A stretch of 64,000 nucleotides of DNA from Gammaproteobacteria bacterium (GTDB lineage: Bacteria > Pseudomonadota > Gammaproteobacteria > UBA4575): positions 1,205,031 through 1,269,030 of the forward strand of contig OZ252002.1 in assembly GCA_965247265.1 (NCBI GenBank), given 5' to 3'. Position numbers and translations under genes: made by a program. Of this stretch, positions 55,002 through 64,000 are shown piece after piece. The notes beneath the pieces are model-generated. The model was not told the origin of the DNA. It searched no databases and saw only the letters and a program-made list of their open reading frames with translations. Each line of letters begins with the position of its first letter. Position 1 is the stretch's first letter.

Positions 55002-57813
55002 AGCACAGCTTCAGGGTTTCTGATGTCTTTTCCTACTACGCCCGCGCCAGACAACGCTTCGAAGACTATGTACGGAATCTTCCCGCGGATCCCTATCCCG
55101 AGCCCTGCGCTCATTGTAATTTTTGCGCATGGCAGAATCACTGCACGGCTGGCTGGGAAGCGGACAACCATTTAAGCCTAGTTGCCAACATCCGGCGCTC
55201 CCAGGTAGCCAAACTCCACAAGGCCGGGATCGGGACCGTCGCACAACTGGCCGCTACCGCTCCCGATAGGGAAATTCCTGACCTGAACCGCGATGTTTTT
55301 TCTCGCCTTCGTTCATAGGCCGCGCTGCAAACAGACAAGACACACGGGCACGGACAGACTCGAGATTGTCCCGTGTCCGGCCGACAGGGGGTTTGCACGC
55401 ATGCCGATGCCTGATGAAGGTGATCTGTTCTTCGATATGGAAGGCGGCCCGCTGTATCCGAACGGTCTGGAATATCTGTTCGGGGTGCATTACATGCTTG
55501 ACGGAAGTGGGACTTTCAAACCGTTCTGGGCACACACAGCCGCGAGGAAGAAAAAGAGGCCTTCAAACGCTTTATGGGGTTCCTGGCCGATCATCTGGCG
55601 AAATACCCACATGCTCATATCTACCACTACAATCATTATGAAACGACAGCTCTGAAACGCCTGGCCTGTCGTTATGCAGCATGCGAGGAGCAACTGGATA
55701 CCCTGCTTCGGGCGCAAAAATTTGTTGATCTGTATCAGGTCGTGCGCGAATGCATCCGCACATCCGAACCCGGCTATTCAATCAAGAACCTTGAAACCTT
55801 CTATATGGACAAGCGGGAAAATGTAGTGGCCACGGCAGCAGACAGCATCATCGTTTACAACGAATGGCGTGAAACCGGCGAGGATACGTTGTTGCAGGAA
55901 ATCGTTGAGTATAATGAAATGGATTGCATTTCAACCCATTTGCTGCGTAACTGGCTTCTGAAGCTGAAACCTGATGGCGTACCGTGGTTCAAGGGTCTGC
56001 CGGAATACGGAGAAACAGAACCGCCGCAGCGAAAAGACTGGGAAGTCAGCTACGAAGACTATCAAAATCGCCTTGACGTGCAGCAAGATGAATCACCCAC
56101 CATTCGCGAGCGGCTTTTACATCTTCTGGAGTTTCATAACCGTGAAGCAAAACCCCGGTGGTGGAGCAGCTTTGAACGGCAAAACAAGTTCGAGAATGAA
56201 CTGATAGACGATACCGAGTGTCTCGGGGGGTTGCGGCAAATCGGACGCCCGGAAACTGAAGAGCGCACGCTCGTCTACACCTTTGAATTCCCGCCGCAGG
56301 AGTACAAGTTGAGAGTCGGAAACCCTGTTGTCAATGCTGCCGGGATGGAAACCGCGGGTACGATTGTTGAGCTGGATGAAGACCGCTGTATCGTCAGGAT
56401 CAGGCGCGGTGCAGACAGGAAACCGTTGCCGACACGCTTTTCTGCGGGCCCATCCGGCCCGGTCAACAGCCGGGGTATCCGCTCTGCCATTTACCGTTAT
56501 GCCGACCATGTCATTCAAAGACCCGGCGAAACCCATGCGGCCACCGAGCTTCTGGGTCGTCGCCAGCCACGTATTCGCGGCAAGGCGGCCGGGGTGAGCC
56601 AATCGTTACCTCACAGAACGTACAGGCCGAGATGCTGCAAGCTGTTGCAGGCCTGGACCACAGCTATCTGTTTATTCAAGGCCCGCCCGGCTCAGGCAAG
56701 ACCTATGCCAGCAGCCACGTCATTGTGGAACTGCTCAAGCGCGGCAAGAAAATCGGCATTACCTCCAACTCGCATAAAGCCATCCATAACCTGCTGGAAC
56801 GCGTGGTGAATGTTGCCGTTGAAAAAAATGTGCATTTTCATGGTGTGAAGAAGGCTACCCGCGGCACCGATGAAACCTTCTTTGACGGGCAGTTCATCCT
56901 GAACGAAACCCGGACAGAGAACATCGACCTTGATGTCGACCTGCTTGCGGGTACGGCGTGGCTGTTCTCTCACTAGTATCTGCAAGGGCAGCTTGATTAC
57001 CTGTTCATTGATGAGGCCGGACAGGTTTCGACCGCCAACGCAGTCGCGATGGCGACATCGGCACGGAATATCATTCTGGTGGGTGATCAAATGCAACTCG
57101 GCCAGCCGGTCCAGGGTGTACATCCAGGTGAAGCCGGGCTTTCGATGCTGGAATTCTTGCTGGGTGAACACTCGACCATTTCGCCCGAGCGCGGTATTTT
57201 CCTGGACCGGACGTACCGGTTAAGACCGAGCATCTGCCGCTTCATTTCCGATGCGTTTTACGATGGGCACCTGATGCCCCATGAAAGCACCTCGCTGCGA
57301 AGCCTGGACCTGCATGATACAGATTTGCCCAACGAAGGAATTGTCATGATCGCCGCCGAGCATGAAAGCTGCTCTCAAAAGAGTGTCAAGGAAGGCGAAA
57401 TCATCAAGACCCGATACCGGGAATTACTGGGCCAGTCTTTCCGGGACCAGGACGGCAGCACACGGCCAATCAGCGAAGGCGACATTCTTGTGGTCACGCC
57501 TTATAACGTACAGGTGAATCATCTGCGCTCCCTGTTGCCAGAAAATGCCAGGGTCGCAACGGTCGACAAGTTCCAGGGACAGGAAGCCCCTGTAGTGCTG
57601 ATCTCCATGGTGACATCGAGTGCTGAAGACCTGCCCCGGAATGTCGAGTTTCTGTACAGCAAAAACCGCTTGAATGTAGCGATTTCCCGTGCCCAGTGCC
57701 TGGCGATAGTGGTTGCCAATCCAAGGCTGCTCGAAATCCCATGCAAAACGATTGAACAAATGAAGCTGACAAATACCTTCTGCCGGCTGGATGAGTATGC
57801 TACCTCTCTTTGA
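54968..57813 (+). pseudogene. RecB-family (TM0106-like) nuclease fused to a superfamily 1 (Upf1/Dna2-like) helicase, heavily degraded
   Basis: Homologous segments lie in three frames: CAHCNFCAWQNHC; GDLFFDMEGGP ... YLFGV; HIYHYNHYETTALKRL; IQGPPGSGKTY; LFIDEAGQ; VDKFQGQEAPVV; RLNVAISRA. There are in-frame TAG codons at 55316 and 56974, and frame changes near 55350, 55540 and 56590. Confidence 0.8.
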
Positions 57814-57904
57814 TTATCCATTCGTATGAAAAAGAGGTATGTTAAACTCAGCATCGGACAAACCCGACGTGACATGTTATGCAGATTTTGATGAGAGGAA
57901 AGAC

Positions 57905-58171
57905 ATGGTGCACACCACTACCCCGTTTACTCTCGCCTCTAACTTGCGCTTGCCGGGGTTGCTACAAGGCTTGCTGGCCATGCTTGTATTGGTGCTGATA
58001 TCCTTTGGCACGAGTGTTCGTGCTGCCGATGGACCTTACATCGGGATTAGCAGCAGCCTCAGCCTTATGGAAGACTCCGACGTCACGGCTCTGGCCCGTG
58101 ACCCTTCCCTCCCGCTCACATCTCCGCCATCTCAGCTGTATCTTATGCGTAAAACCGGCCAGACTATTTAA
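57905..58171 (+). pseudogene. N-terminal fragment of an outer-membrane beta-barrel protein (tentative)
   Basis: Signal peptide LLAMLVLVLISFGTSVRA, then ADGPYIGISSSLSLMEDSD, typical of the first strand of OmpA-like/opacity-type barrels. The frame decays after about 60 aa. Confidence 0.35.
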
Positions 58172-58331
58172 TACGGACTTCATCCTCCGGCGGATGACAG
58201 GAAACCATTTTAGAGGCTGATGATGAATACTTTTTATGGCAGGATACTGTCCGGTGAGAAGATATGCCGTGGTACACATGGGGTTGGACTGATGCTTACA
58301 TCAATTGCAAAAATAAAGATGAGTTAGCAAA

Positions 58332-59012
58332 ATGAATAAACTGCAAAGCTCTTTGGAGCTGTTATTAAGCCTGGGTGGGCCAGTTGTACTGGCTCTTTTA
58401 GTGTTTTCTGTTATTGGAACTGCGATAATTTTACTGAAAATCTGGCAGTTTTTAGCACTGCGCCTGGGGTCGTCCAGGTTTGCGGAAACTGCTTTACAAG
58501 CGTGGCGCAAAAATGAACAGGAAAAAGCCATGGGTATCGTCAAGAACAGGAGCCATCCCGTTGCAAAAGTTCTGCACACGGCCTTTGCACACCGCCAGGC
58601 AACGCTGAAAATCTCCATTGAGAATGCGCGGGAAGAAACCCTCCGTGTTGCCCAGGTACAACTCGAAAAACTCAGGAGTTATCTACGCATCCTGGAAGTC
58701 ATTGCCGCATTAAGTCCTTTGCTTGGGCTGCTAGGAACCGTGCTTGGCATGATCAAGGTTTTCCGTGAGCTGGAACTGGCGGGCAGCAAAGTGGACCCTT
58801 CTATCCTGTCTGGTGGAATCTGGGAGGCCTTACTGACGACCGCCCTGGGTCTGTCCATCGCGATCCCTGCCGTGTTGATGGTGAATTATTTTGACCGCGT
58901 AATCGATCGTATCAGACACCGCATGGAAGATACGGCAACCCAGGTGTTTACCGGTGATGCGTCATCGCAAGAGATCCATGCCATTGAAGGCGGCTCAGCC
59001 TCTGCGACCTGA
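58332..59012 (+). CDS. exbB: ExbB (MotA/TolQ/ExbB proton-channel family)
   Basis: 226 aa. LEVIAALSPLLGLLGTVLGMI and GGIWEALLTTALGLSIAIPAV. Confidence 0.9.
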   Translation: MNKLQSSLELLLSLGGPVVLALLVFSVIGTAIILLKIWQFLALRLGSSRFAETALQAWRKNEQEKAMGIVKNRSHPVAKVLHTAFAHRQATLKISIENAREETLRVAQVQLEKLRSYLRILEVIAALSPLLGLLGTVLGMIKVFRELELAGSKVDPSILSGGIWEALLTTALGLSIAIPAVLMVNYFDRVIDRIRHRMEDTATQVFTGDASSQEIHAIEGGSASAT

Positions 59013-59014
59013 CC

Positions 59015-59425
59015 ATGCAGATTGCTGCAGTTCAAAAAAACCGTAATCTGATCAGCCTTACACCGCTTATCGATGTGGTGTTTATATTGCTGGTATTTTT
59101 TATGCTGATCACGGACTTTGCACAGTTTTCCATCGTTACACTCAGCGTCGCTAAGGATGAAAATGCAGTCGACACAGAACAAACGAGCTCAATTGTGCAT
59201 ATATCCAGTAACGGAGAACTGCGGTTTGATCACAAGGAAATCAACTTTTCCCAATTAACAGCACTGGCGAGTAGCAAGCTCACTGAAGATGAAAAGCATA
59301 TTTTTTTCATTCGCCCGGACGATGAAACACTCCTGCAGGATACGATTTTTGTGCTGGATGAACTGATACCTCTGGCCCCGAACAATATCTCGTTCCTGCG
59401 TGACCTGGCGGAAGATTTGCAATGA
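59015..59425 (+). CDS. exbD: ExbD/TolR family protein 1
   Basis: 136 aa. ISLTPLIDVVFILLVFFML single-TM N-terminus. Confidence 0.85.
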   Translation: MQIAAVQKNRNLISLTPLIDVVFILLVFFMLITDFAQFSIVTLSVAKDENAVDTEQTSSIVHISSNGELRFDHKEINFSQLTALASSKLTEDEKHIFFIRPDDETLLQDTIFVLDELIPLAPNNISFLRDLAEDLQ

Positions 59426-59820
59426 CCCTTACGGATTCAAGCAGGCTACAGGACTTTGAAAGCGTCCTGCCGCTGATCAACGTTATCTTTCTGTTGCTGA
59501 TCTTTCTTGTCCTGGGTGGCATCTTCACAGCACCCGAGCTGTTTGATGTGCATCCGCCTGAGTCGATCAGTGACAAACAGGCTGTGGATGAGCCGGTACA
59601 GATACTGCTCGGCAAAGAAGGCGAACTCGCCTATGATGGAAAGGTAATTTCAGTAGAGCGATTCCAGCAACTGGCGCAACAGGTCATATCGAATAACCCG
59701 GAAGCCTTTATTCAGGTCAAGGCCGACCAGAAAGTTGCCATGCAAAAAGTATTTGAAATCATGGAGATTATCAAACGAACCGGGCATGAAAACTTTCAAC
59801 TGCTTACCCTGAAAATATAG
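59422..59820 (+). CDS. exbD: ExbD/TolR family protein 2
   Basis: 132 aa. VLPLINVIFLLLIFLVLGG. ATGA overlap with the previous gene. Confidence 0.85.
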   Translation: MTLTDSSRLQDFESVLPLINVIFLLLIFLVLGGIFTAPELFDVHPPESISDKQAVDEPVQILLGKEGELAYDGKVISVERFQQLAQQVISNNPEAFIQVKADQKVAMQKVFEIMEIIKRTGHENFQLLTLKI

Positions 59821-59825
59821 CCACT

Positions 59826-60596
59826 ATGCGTCAGGAAATGGAAATCGGGATCAAGCACTGGTTTAGCGTACTCAGCTTGGCTGTGCTTTTGCATGTGTAC
59901 GCAGCCTTGCATGTAAACCTCACCGGTTATTCATCAGAATCCGTACATCCGTTCGATCAATACATAATTGATCTAACGACGCTCGCCCTGCCTCCAAAAC
60001 AGATCAAGCTGGAACCTTTTGTACCTCCCACACCCCAGAAAACCAGGCCGCCTGAAACAAAGCCTGAGCCTGAAGTCAAGCCACCCAAACCGGAGCCTAA
60101 ACCTGAAAAACCTAAAACCCGTGCACCTGAGGTTACACAACAGAAAGTCGTTGTACCCGAGTTTGAACAACCTGCTCGAGAAACACAAACCGAACCTGTA
60201 CAACCGTCATCGACACCACCAGCCCCTGCACAAGTACCGGGGACTGGAAAAGCAGCACCTGAAAATACTTCGGCTGCAATCCCAAAACCCAGGACCCAGG
60301 TTGAAAAAGCAGATTACGGATATTATCAATTGATACTGGACAGACTTGAACGGTTGAAGAAGTATCCGTCACGTGCGCGTAGGCGTGGTGAGCAGGGAAC
60401 GGTAGTCCTGTCCTTTACGTTAAACAGGGATGGCAGCCTGAAGCATTATAAAATCAGGCAAAGCTCCGGCTCCAAGGCCCTGGATATTGCGGTAAAGAAG
60501 CTGATCAAACGTGCAACCCCTTTTCCGACAGTGCCGGAAAACATCAGCACGGACAAGCTTGAATTGTCGGTACCCATCTCCTTTGCCCTGAACTGA
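59826..60596 (+). CDS. tonB: TonB energy-transducer protein
   Basis: 256 aa. N-terminal TM, Pro/Lys/Glu-rich spacer (PETKPEPEVKPPKPEPKPEKPK), C-terminal domain YPSRARRRGEQGTVVLSFTLNRDGS. Confidence 0.9.
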   Translation: MRQEMEIGIKHWFSVLSLAVLLHVYAALHVNLTGYSSESVHPFDQYIIDLTTLALPPKQIKLEPFVPPTPQKTRPPETKPEPEVKPPKPEPKPEKPKTRAPEVTQQKVVVPEFEQPARETQTEPVQPSSTPPAPAQVPGTGKAAPENTSAAIPKPRTQVEKADYGYYQLILDRLERLKKYPSRARRRGEQGTVVLSFTLNRDGSLKHYKIRQSSGSKALDIAVKKLIKRATPFPTVPENISTDKLELSVPISFALN

Positions 60597-60733
60597 AAAA
60601 GTACGGGCAGCCTTTCACTATGCCGGACCCAAGCATCCGGACTCTGGGCAGCATGACTTGCAATTCTGTACTAAATCCTGGCCAAGACAATGCCGGCCTG
60701 TCCGATCACAGGGAAATGACAGGCGGGCCAGAA

Positions 60734-63349
60734 TCAGAACTGATACTCGAATGACGTGTAGTAAAACCCGCCGTTAAAGCCAAACGGTGCGGCACGACGG
60801 GAGTACGTGAATACCCCGTCCGAGTCGACGATCGTATTACCCTCGGCATCCACAATCGTGCCCGCGCGTGCGCGGCTGATCTTGTCCTTGTCCGGTTCCA
60901 CATCGAAGACATTATCGGCGCCCAGCTTGAATATGCCAGGGCCCAGCTCGTAGCTTAACTGGATATCCGTAATGAATTCAGCATCATAGGACTGTTTTCT
61001 GCTACCTTCCGTAATTCTGTATCGGCCGTATCGCTGTACCGAAGCCAAGGCTGCAAACTTCCCAACCCTGTACAGAGCCGACAAGGCGGCCCGGCTTTTC
61101 GGCTGCCATTCCTCGATAATTGACCGGTCCAGTTCAGTGAACAGTGTCCCTGGGAGTCCTGCCGGTAAATTGACCGATTCGATTTCCGTATCCGTCCACG
61201 ATCCCAGCAGCTGCAGCGTCAGGTTCCCTTTTATGTTCATCGAAACCCCCCAGGTCATTACAATGTCGGCCCCCTCGGTCACCGTGTCGACACCGTTCAT
61301 GAAAAACTGGGCCTTTTCGACACCCAGATTTTTCAATTCAGCTCGTATAGAAGCTGAAACCGGATTCGGGACCGGCATGTCAGTGTCGCAGTCGGGTATG
61401 CAGTCGGCGGCTTCTATTTGTCCGCTGATGATGATCCGATCGTCCACCTCGATCCGGTAGAAGTCTGTGGTCAGCGAGAATGAGGGCGACGGCTGCCAGA
61501 CAAAGCCACCGCTCCAGTTGACGGACTCCTCTTCTTCCAGTTCCGGGATACCGATGGCCTGAGCTAGAGCACCATCGTTGCGGAACGTTCCCACCTGAAA
61601 TCCCTGAACTGTCTGCTCTACAGTTCGGAACTGGGTGCTGATGTTGTTGAAGTAAAGCTGCTGCATGGAGGGCGCCCGGAACCCTGAACTGACCGAAGCA
61701 CGCAGGGAAAACGTATCGCTAAGCTCCAGTTTCGAGGCAATTTTGCCGTTCAGTGTATCGCCAAAATCGCTATAGTCCTCGTAGCGCAGCCCCAGCCCTA
61801 CCTGAAGCTGATCGTTCCACTGGATATCGGTATCGACGTAGAATGACTTGGCATGCCGGGTTTCGTCGACTTCATTCTCTGGCTTGAATCCGGGGAAAAC
61901 CTGGATTCCGGCATTACCCCCGTCTTGGCCGTCATAATCCTCGTAGGAATAAGGCTCACCGGCTTCGATTTCGTAACGGTCCCGTTTGTATTCGGTTCCC
62001 CAGCCAATATCGGCTTTTTTGTATGGCATCGTGAAATCCAGATTCACCGTGGTCAGGTCCAGGCTCAGTTCGCCTGAATCGGCACTGGTCTGCGTGGTCC
62101 CGGAAAAATCGACCCCGGGAAAATCCGGATAAGTACCGTCAGGAGTCAGCATCCTGTTTACCCATGAGGCGTTAAGTGAATTACGTATATCAAATTCAAA
62201 ATTGTTGCCTCCGTGGACGAGGCTCAAATCGACCGTCATCCTGTTTTCAAACTCGCGGCGCACCCCGGCACCAACGGAATAATCCTGGACGGTGGTGTCG
62301 ATCAGCGGCAGAAAACCATCAAGGTAGATGGACCCCCGTGGATTATTGTTGGGAGTCTGGTTTGCGCGCCGGTAAAACCCGCCGCTCAGGTTAGTCGACC
62401 GGGAAAAATCCGCAAAGCCATACATCTCCCCCTGGTCACCCCAGACCGGCTGTACAAAATTCAGGGTCCCGATGACCTGCTCCCGCTCGGCATCCCCGAT
62501 GCGGTAAACGCGCCGGTCGAAATCCCGTTCCTTGTTATCCGGATCACTAGTAATCGTCGTTACGCCGTCGGCAGTCGTGACTTCAGTATCCGGATATTGG
62601 ATTTGAGCGGTTTTCCCGGTGCGGTTGGTCCGGTCCCGCTCATTGTACTCAAGCGCCACGTGCAATACGCCGTCGTTGCCCAGAGCAAATCCCTTGTTAA
62701 AGCCAAGCGAACGGCGCTCGCCGTCCCCTTTGTAGGTGGATCCATACAGCCCCTTCAAGGCTCCCTCGTAATCTTCCTTGAGAATAATATTGATGACCCC
62801 GGCAACGGCATCCGAACCATACTGGGCCGAGGCACCGTCCCGCAGGATCTCTACCCGCTCGATCGCACTCACCGGAATGGCATTCATGTCTGTGCCGGCC
62901 GTGCCCCGACCGACCGAGGTGTTTACATGGATCAGCGCGCTTCCATGGCGCCGCTTGCCATTGACCAGCACCAGCACCTGGTCAGGCCCCATCCCCCGCA
63001 AGGTCGCCGGGCGCACTGAATCGGTCCCATCACTGATCGACGAATTCGAAAAATTGAATGAGGGTATGAGGGCCTGAATCGCGCGCCCCAGTTCACTCTG
63101 CCCGGTTCGCAGCAGTTCTTCCCCGCTTACCACGTCTACCGGAACGGGAGAATCGGCAACACTGCGCTCTCCAAACCGGCTGCCGACCACGACAATCTCA
63201 CCGAGTTCGACAACCTCCTGGCCCTGCACCGTCATTGCAGCCAGTGAAAGAACCAGGGCCATGGCTGTTCGGCCCCAGAAACGGGTGATAAAAAAATTCT
63301 TTTCTATTTTAATGACTTCCCCCATTATTAACGCCCAAGTAATGTCCAC
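60734..63349 (-). CDS. TonB-dependent outer-membrane receptor
   Basis: 871 aa. Signal peptide, plug domain (EIVVVGSRF ... VDVV ... RGMGPDQVLVLVNGKR), 22-strand-type barrel ending in the terminal FEYQF. The exact start is uncertain (63349 or 63325). Confidence 0.9.
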   Translation of the reverse strand: MDITWALIMGEVIKIEKNFFITRFWGRTAMALVLSLAAMTVQGQEVVELGEIVVVGSRFGERSVADSPVPVDVVSGEELLRTGQSELGRAIQALIPSFNFSNSSISDGTDSVRPATLRGMGPDQVLVLVNGKRRHGSALIHVNTSVGRGTAGTDMNAIPVSAIERVEILRDGASAQYGSDAVAGVINIILKEDYEGALKGLYGSTYKGDGERRSLGFNKGFALGNDGVLHVALEYNERDRTNRTGKTAQIQYPDTEVTTADGVTTITSDPDNKERDFDRRVYRIGDAEREQVIGTLNFVQPVWGDQGEMYGFADFSRSTNLSGGFYRRANQTPNNNPRGSIYLDGFLPLIDTTVQDYSVGAGVRREFENRMTVDLSLVHGGNNFEFDIRNSLNASWVNRMLTPDGTYPDFPGVDFSGTTQTSADSGELSLDLTTVNLDFTMPYKKADIGWGTEYKRDRYEIEAGEPYSYEDYDGQDGGNAGIQVFPGFKPENEVDETRHAKSFYVDTDIQWNDQLQVGLGLRYEDYSDFGDTLNGKIASKLELSDTFSLRASVSSGFRAPSMQQLYFNNISTQFRTVEQTVQGFQVGTFRNDGALAQAIGIPELEEEESVNWSGGFVWQPSPSFSLTTDFYRIEVDDRIIISGQIEAADCIPDCDTDMPVPNPVSASIRAELKNLGVEKAQFFMNGVDTVTEGADIVMTWGVSMNIKGNLTLQLLGSWTDTEIESVNLPAGLPGTLFTELDRSIIEEWQPKSRAALSALYRVGKFAALASVQRYGRYRITEGSRKQSYDAEFITDIQLSYELGPGIFKLGADNVFDVEPDKDKISRARAGTIVDAEGNTIVDSDGVFTYSRRAAPFGFNGGFYYTSFEYQF

Positions 63350-63442
63350 AATCCAAGGTTCGGTTCCCGGACTCTTTATGACTTGACCATGTGCTTAGGA
63401 AAACCGGGGCCTTCCGCAAGCGATATCTTTTGACTCCTGAAT

Positions 63443-63850
63443 ATGCTGGAATTTTTGCTTGAATACAAATATCTTTTGGTTTCCCCCTATTCTGGGGGTT
63501 CCCTGGCCCTTTTCATTGCAAGTATCGCCGTCACCCCCTGGCTGGTCACGAAGATCCCCGCAGACTATTTTCACAAAGAACGCCGTGCCTCGATCTACCC
63601 CGGCGGCAGACCCCTGTCGATACAATTGTTGGCTGTAATCAAGAATATATGCGGTTGCATACTGTGTAGAGGCGTACATAACTATGACGCTTGGTTGGTT
63701 GTAAATCTGTCCGACACCGACACAGAATTTTCCCTCACGACAGCACTCACATTAGAAATGGCGACCTCTTTTGATGGTCGCGCATGTTATTTCGCTGATA
63801 TATGTTTTCCAAACGTTGGTCAGTGTTTGGGAATCCGATCGCAATATTGA
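63443..63850 (+). CDS. hypothetical membrane protein, possibly degraded
   Basis: The N-terminal part (LALFIASIAVTPWLVTKIPADYF ... IKNICG) looks like a small two-TM protein family. The C-terminal part has no recognisable pattern. Confidence 0.25.
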   Translation: MLEFLLEYKYLLVSPYSGGSLALFIASIAVTPWLVTKIPADYFHKERRASIYPGGRPLSIQLLAVIKNICGCILCRGVHNYDAWLVVNLSDTDTEFSLTTALTLEMATSFDGRACYFADICFPNVGQCLGIRSQY

Positions 63851-64000
63851 TGGGCTCACCGAGCAGGAGCTTCTGAGGTGTGCAGCTCAAGTCAATCAAT
63901 CCGGTGCGTGCGGATCGTAGCTTTGACTGCTTTCTAGAATAGATATCTAACAACTAGTTCCAAATAAAGCTCGCCACACAGGCCGGGGTTGTCCTGACAT

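Noticed and set aside
56117-57171. Minus-strand ORFs of 161 and 159 aa
   Set aside because: They are antisense to recognisable helicase segments and have no motifs. Their composition is typical of antisense frames.
62213-63019. 268-aa plus-strand ORF (and other plus-strand ORFs from 61137 to 63077)
   Set aside because: They lie entirely antisense to the strongly supported TonB-dependent receptor gene. They are Pro/Arg/Gly-rich with no motifs. These are typical spurious long ORFs in GC-rich DNA.

Overview
This window is a mosaic of three compositional and functional blocks.

(1) 1-24.4 kb is low-GC by eye (about 38-45%). It is a catabolic region. It holds a hybrid sensor kinase and a NarL-type regulator, then a thiolase-fold/DUF35 pair, an aldehyde dehydrogenase, and two paralogous Liv-type ABC importers. 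One importer carries an embedded acyl-CoA-ligase-like gene. An IS element has its transposase split by a stop codon. After it come a haloalkane-dehalogenase-like hydrolase and an amidase plus cobalt-type nitrile hydratase operon. In that operon the beta subunit is split into two genes.

(2) 24.4-53.6 kb is an accessory, mobile mosaic. It starts with HigBA, iteron-like repeats and a frameshifted gene with Pol A/T7-like polymerase motifs. A cassette-like gene array follows, punctuated by eight same-orientation copies of a ~33-nt palindromic element. The block also has three tyrosine recombinases, two of them paralogues, and tRNA-Leu(UAA) with a nearby 5' tRNA fragment. Several genes in the block are decayed.

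Embedded here is the most interesting locus, a tight 12-gene operon at 30855-43405. It combines ComA, two aspartase/fumarase-superfamily lyases and a DcyD-type PLP enzyme, which is the bacterial-type coenzyme M biosynthesis gene set. It also encodes a MetE-like Zn alkyltransferase that resembles epoxyalkane:CoM transferase. The remaining genes are a GctAB-like pair lacking the catalytic Glu, an acylating ALDH, a GMC oxidoreductase and a Cys-type (omega-like) GST.

(3) 53.6-64 kb begins with an abrupt switch to about 50-57% GC, exactly at the start of the third integrase. It contains gene fragments, phage remnants and a perfect 40-bp inverted repeat. It also holds a heavily degraded nuclease-helicase pseudogene, an intact ExbB-ExbD-ExbD-TonB cluster and a TonB-dependent receptor.

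I saw no CRISPR array and no rRNA. All family calls come from motif recognition by eye, not from searches.
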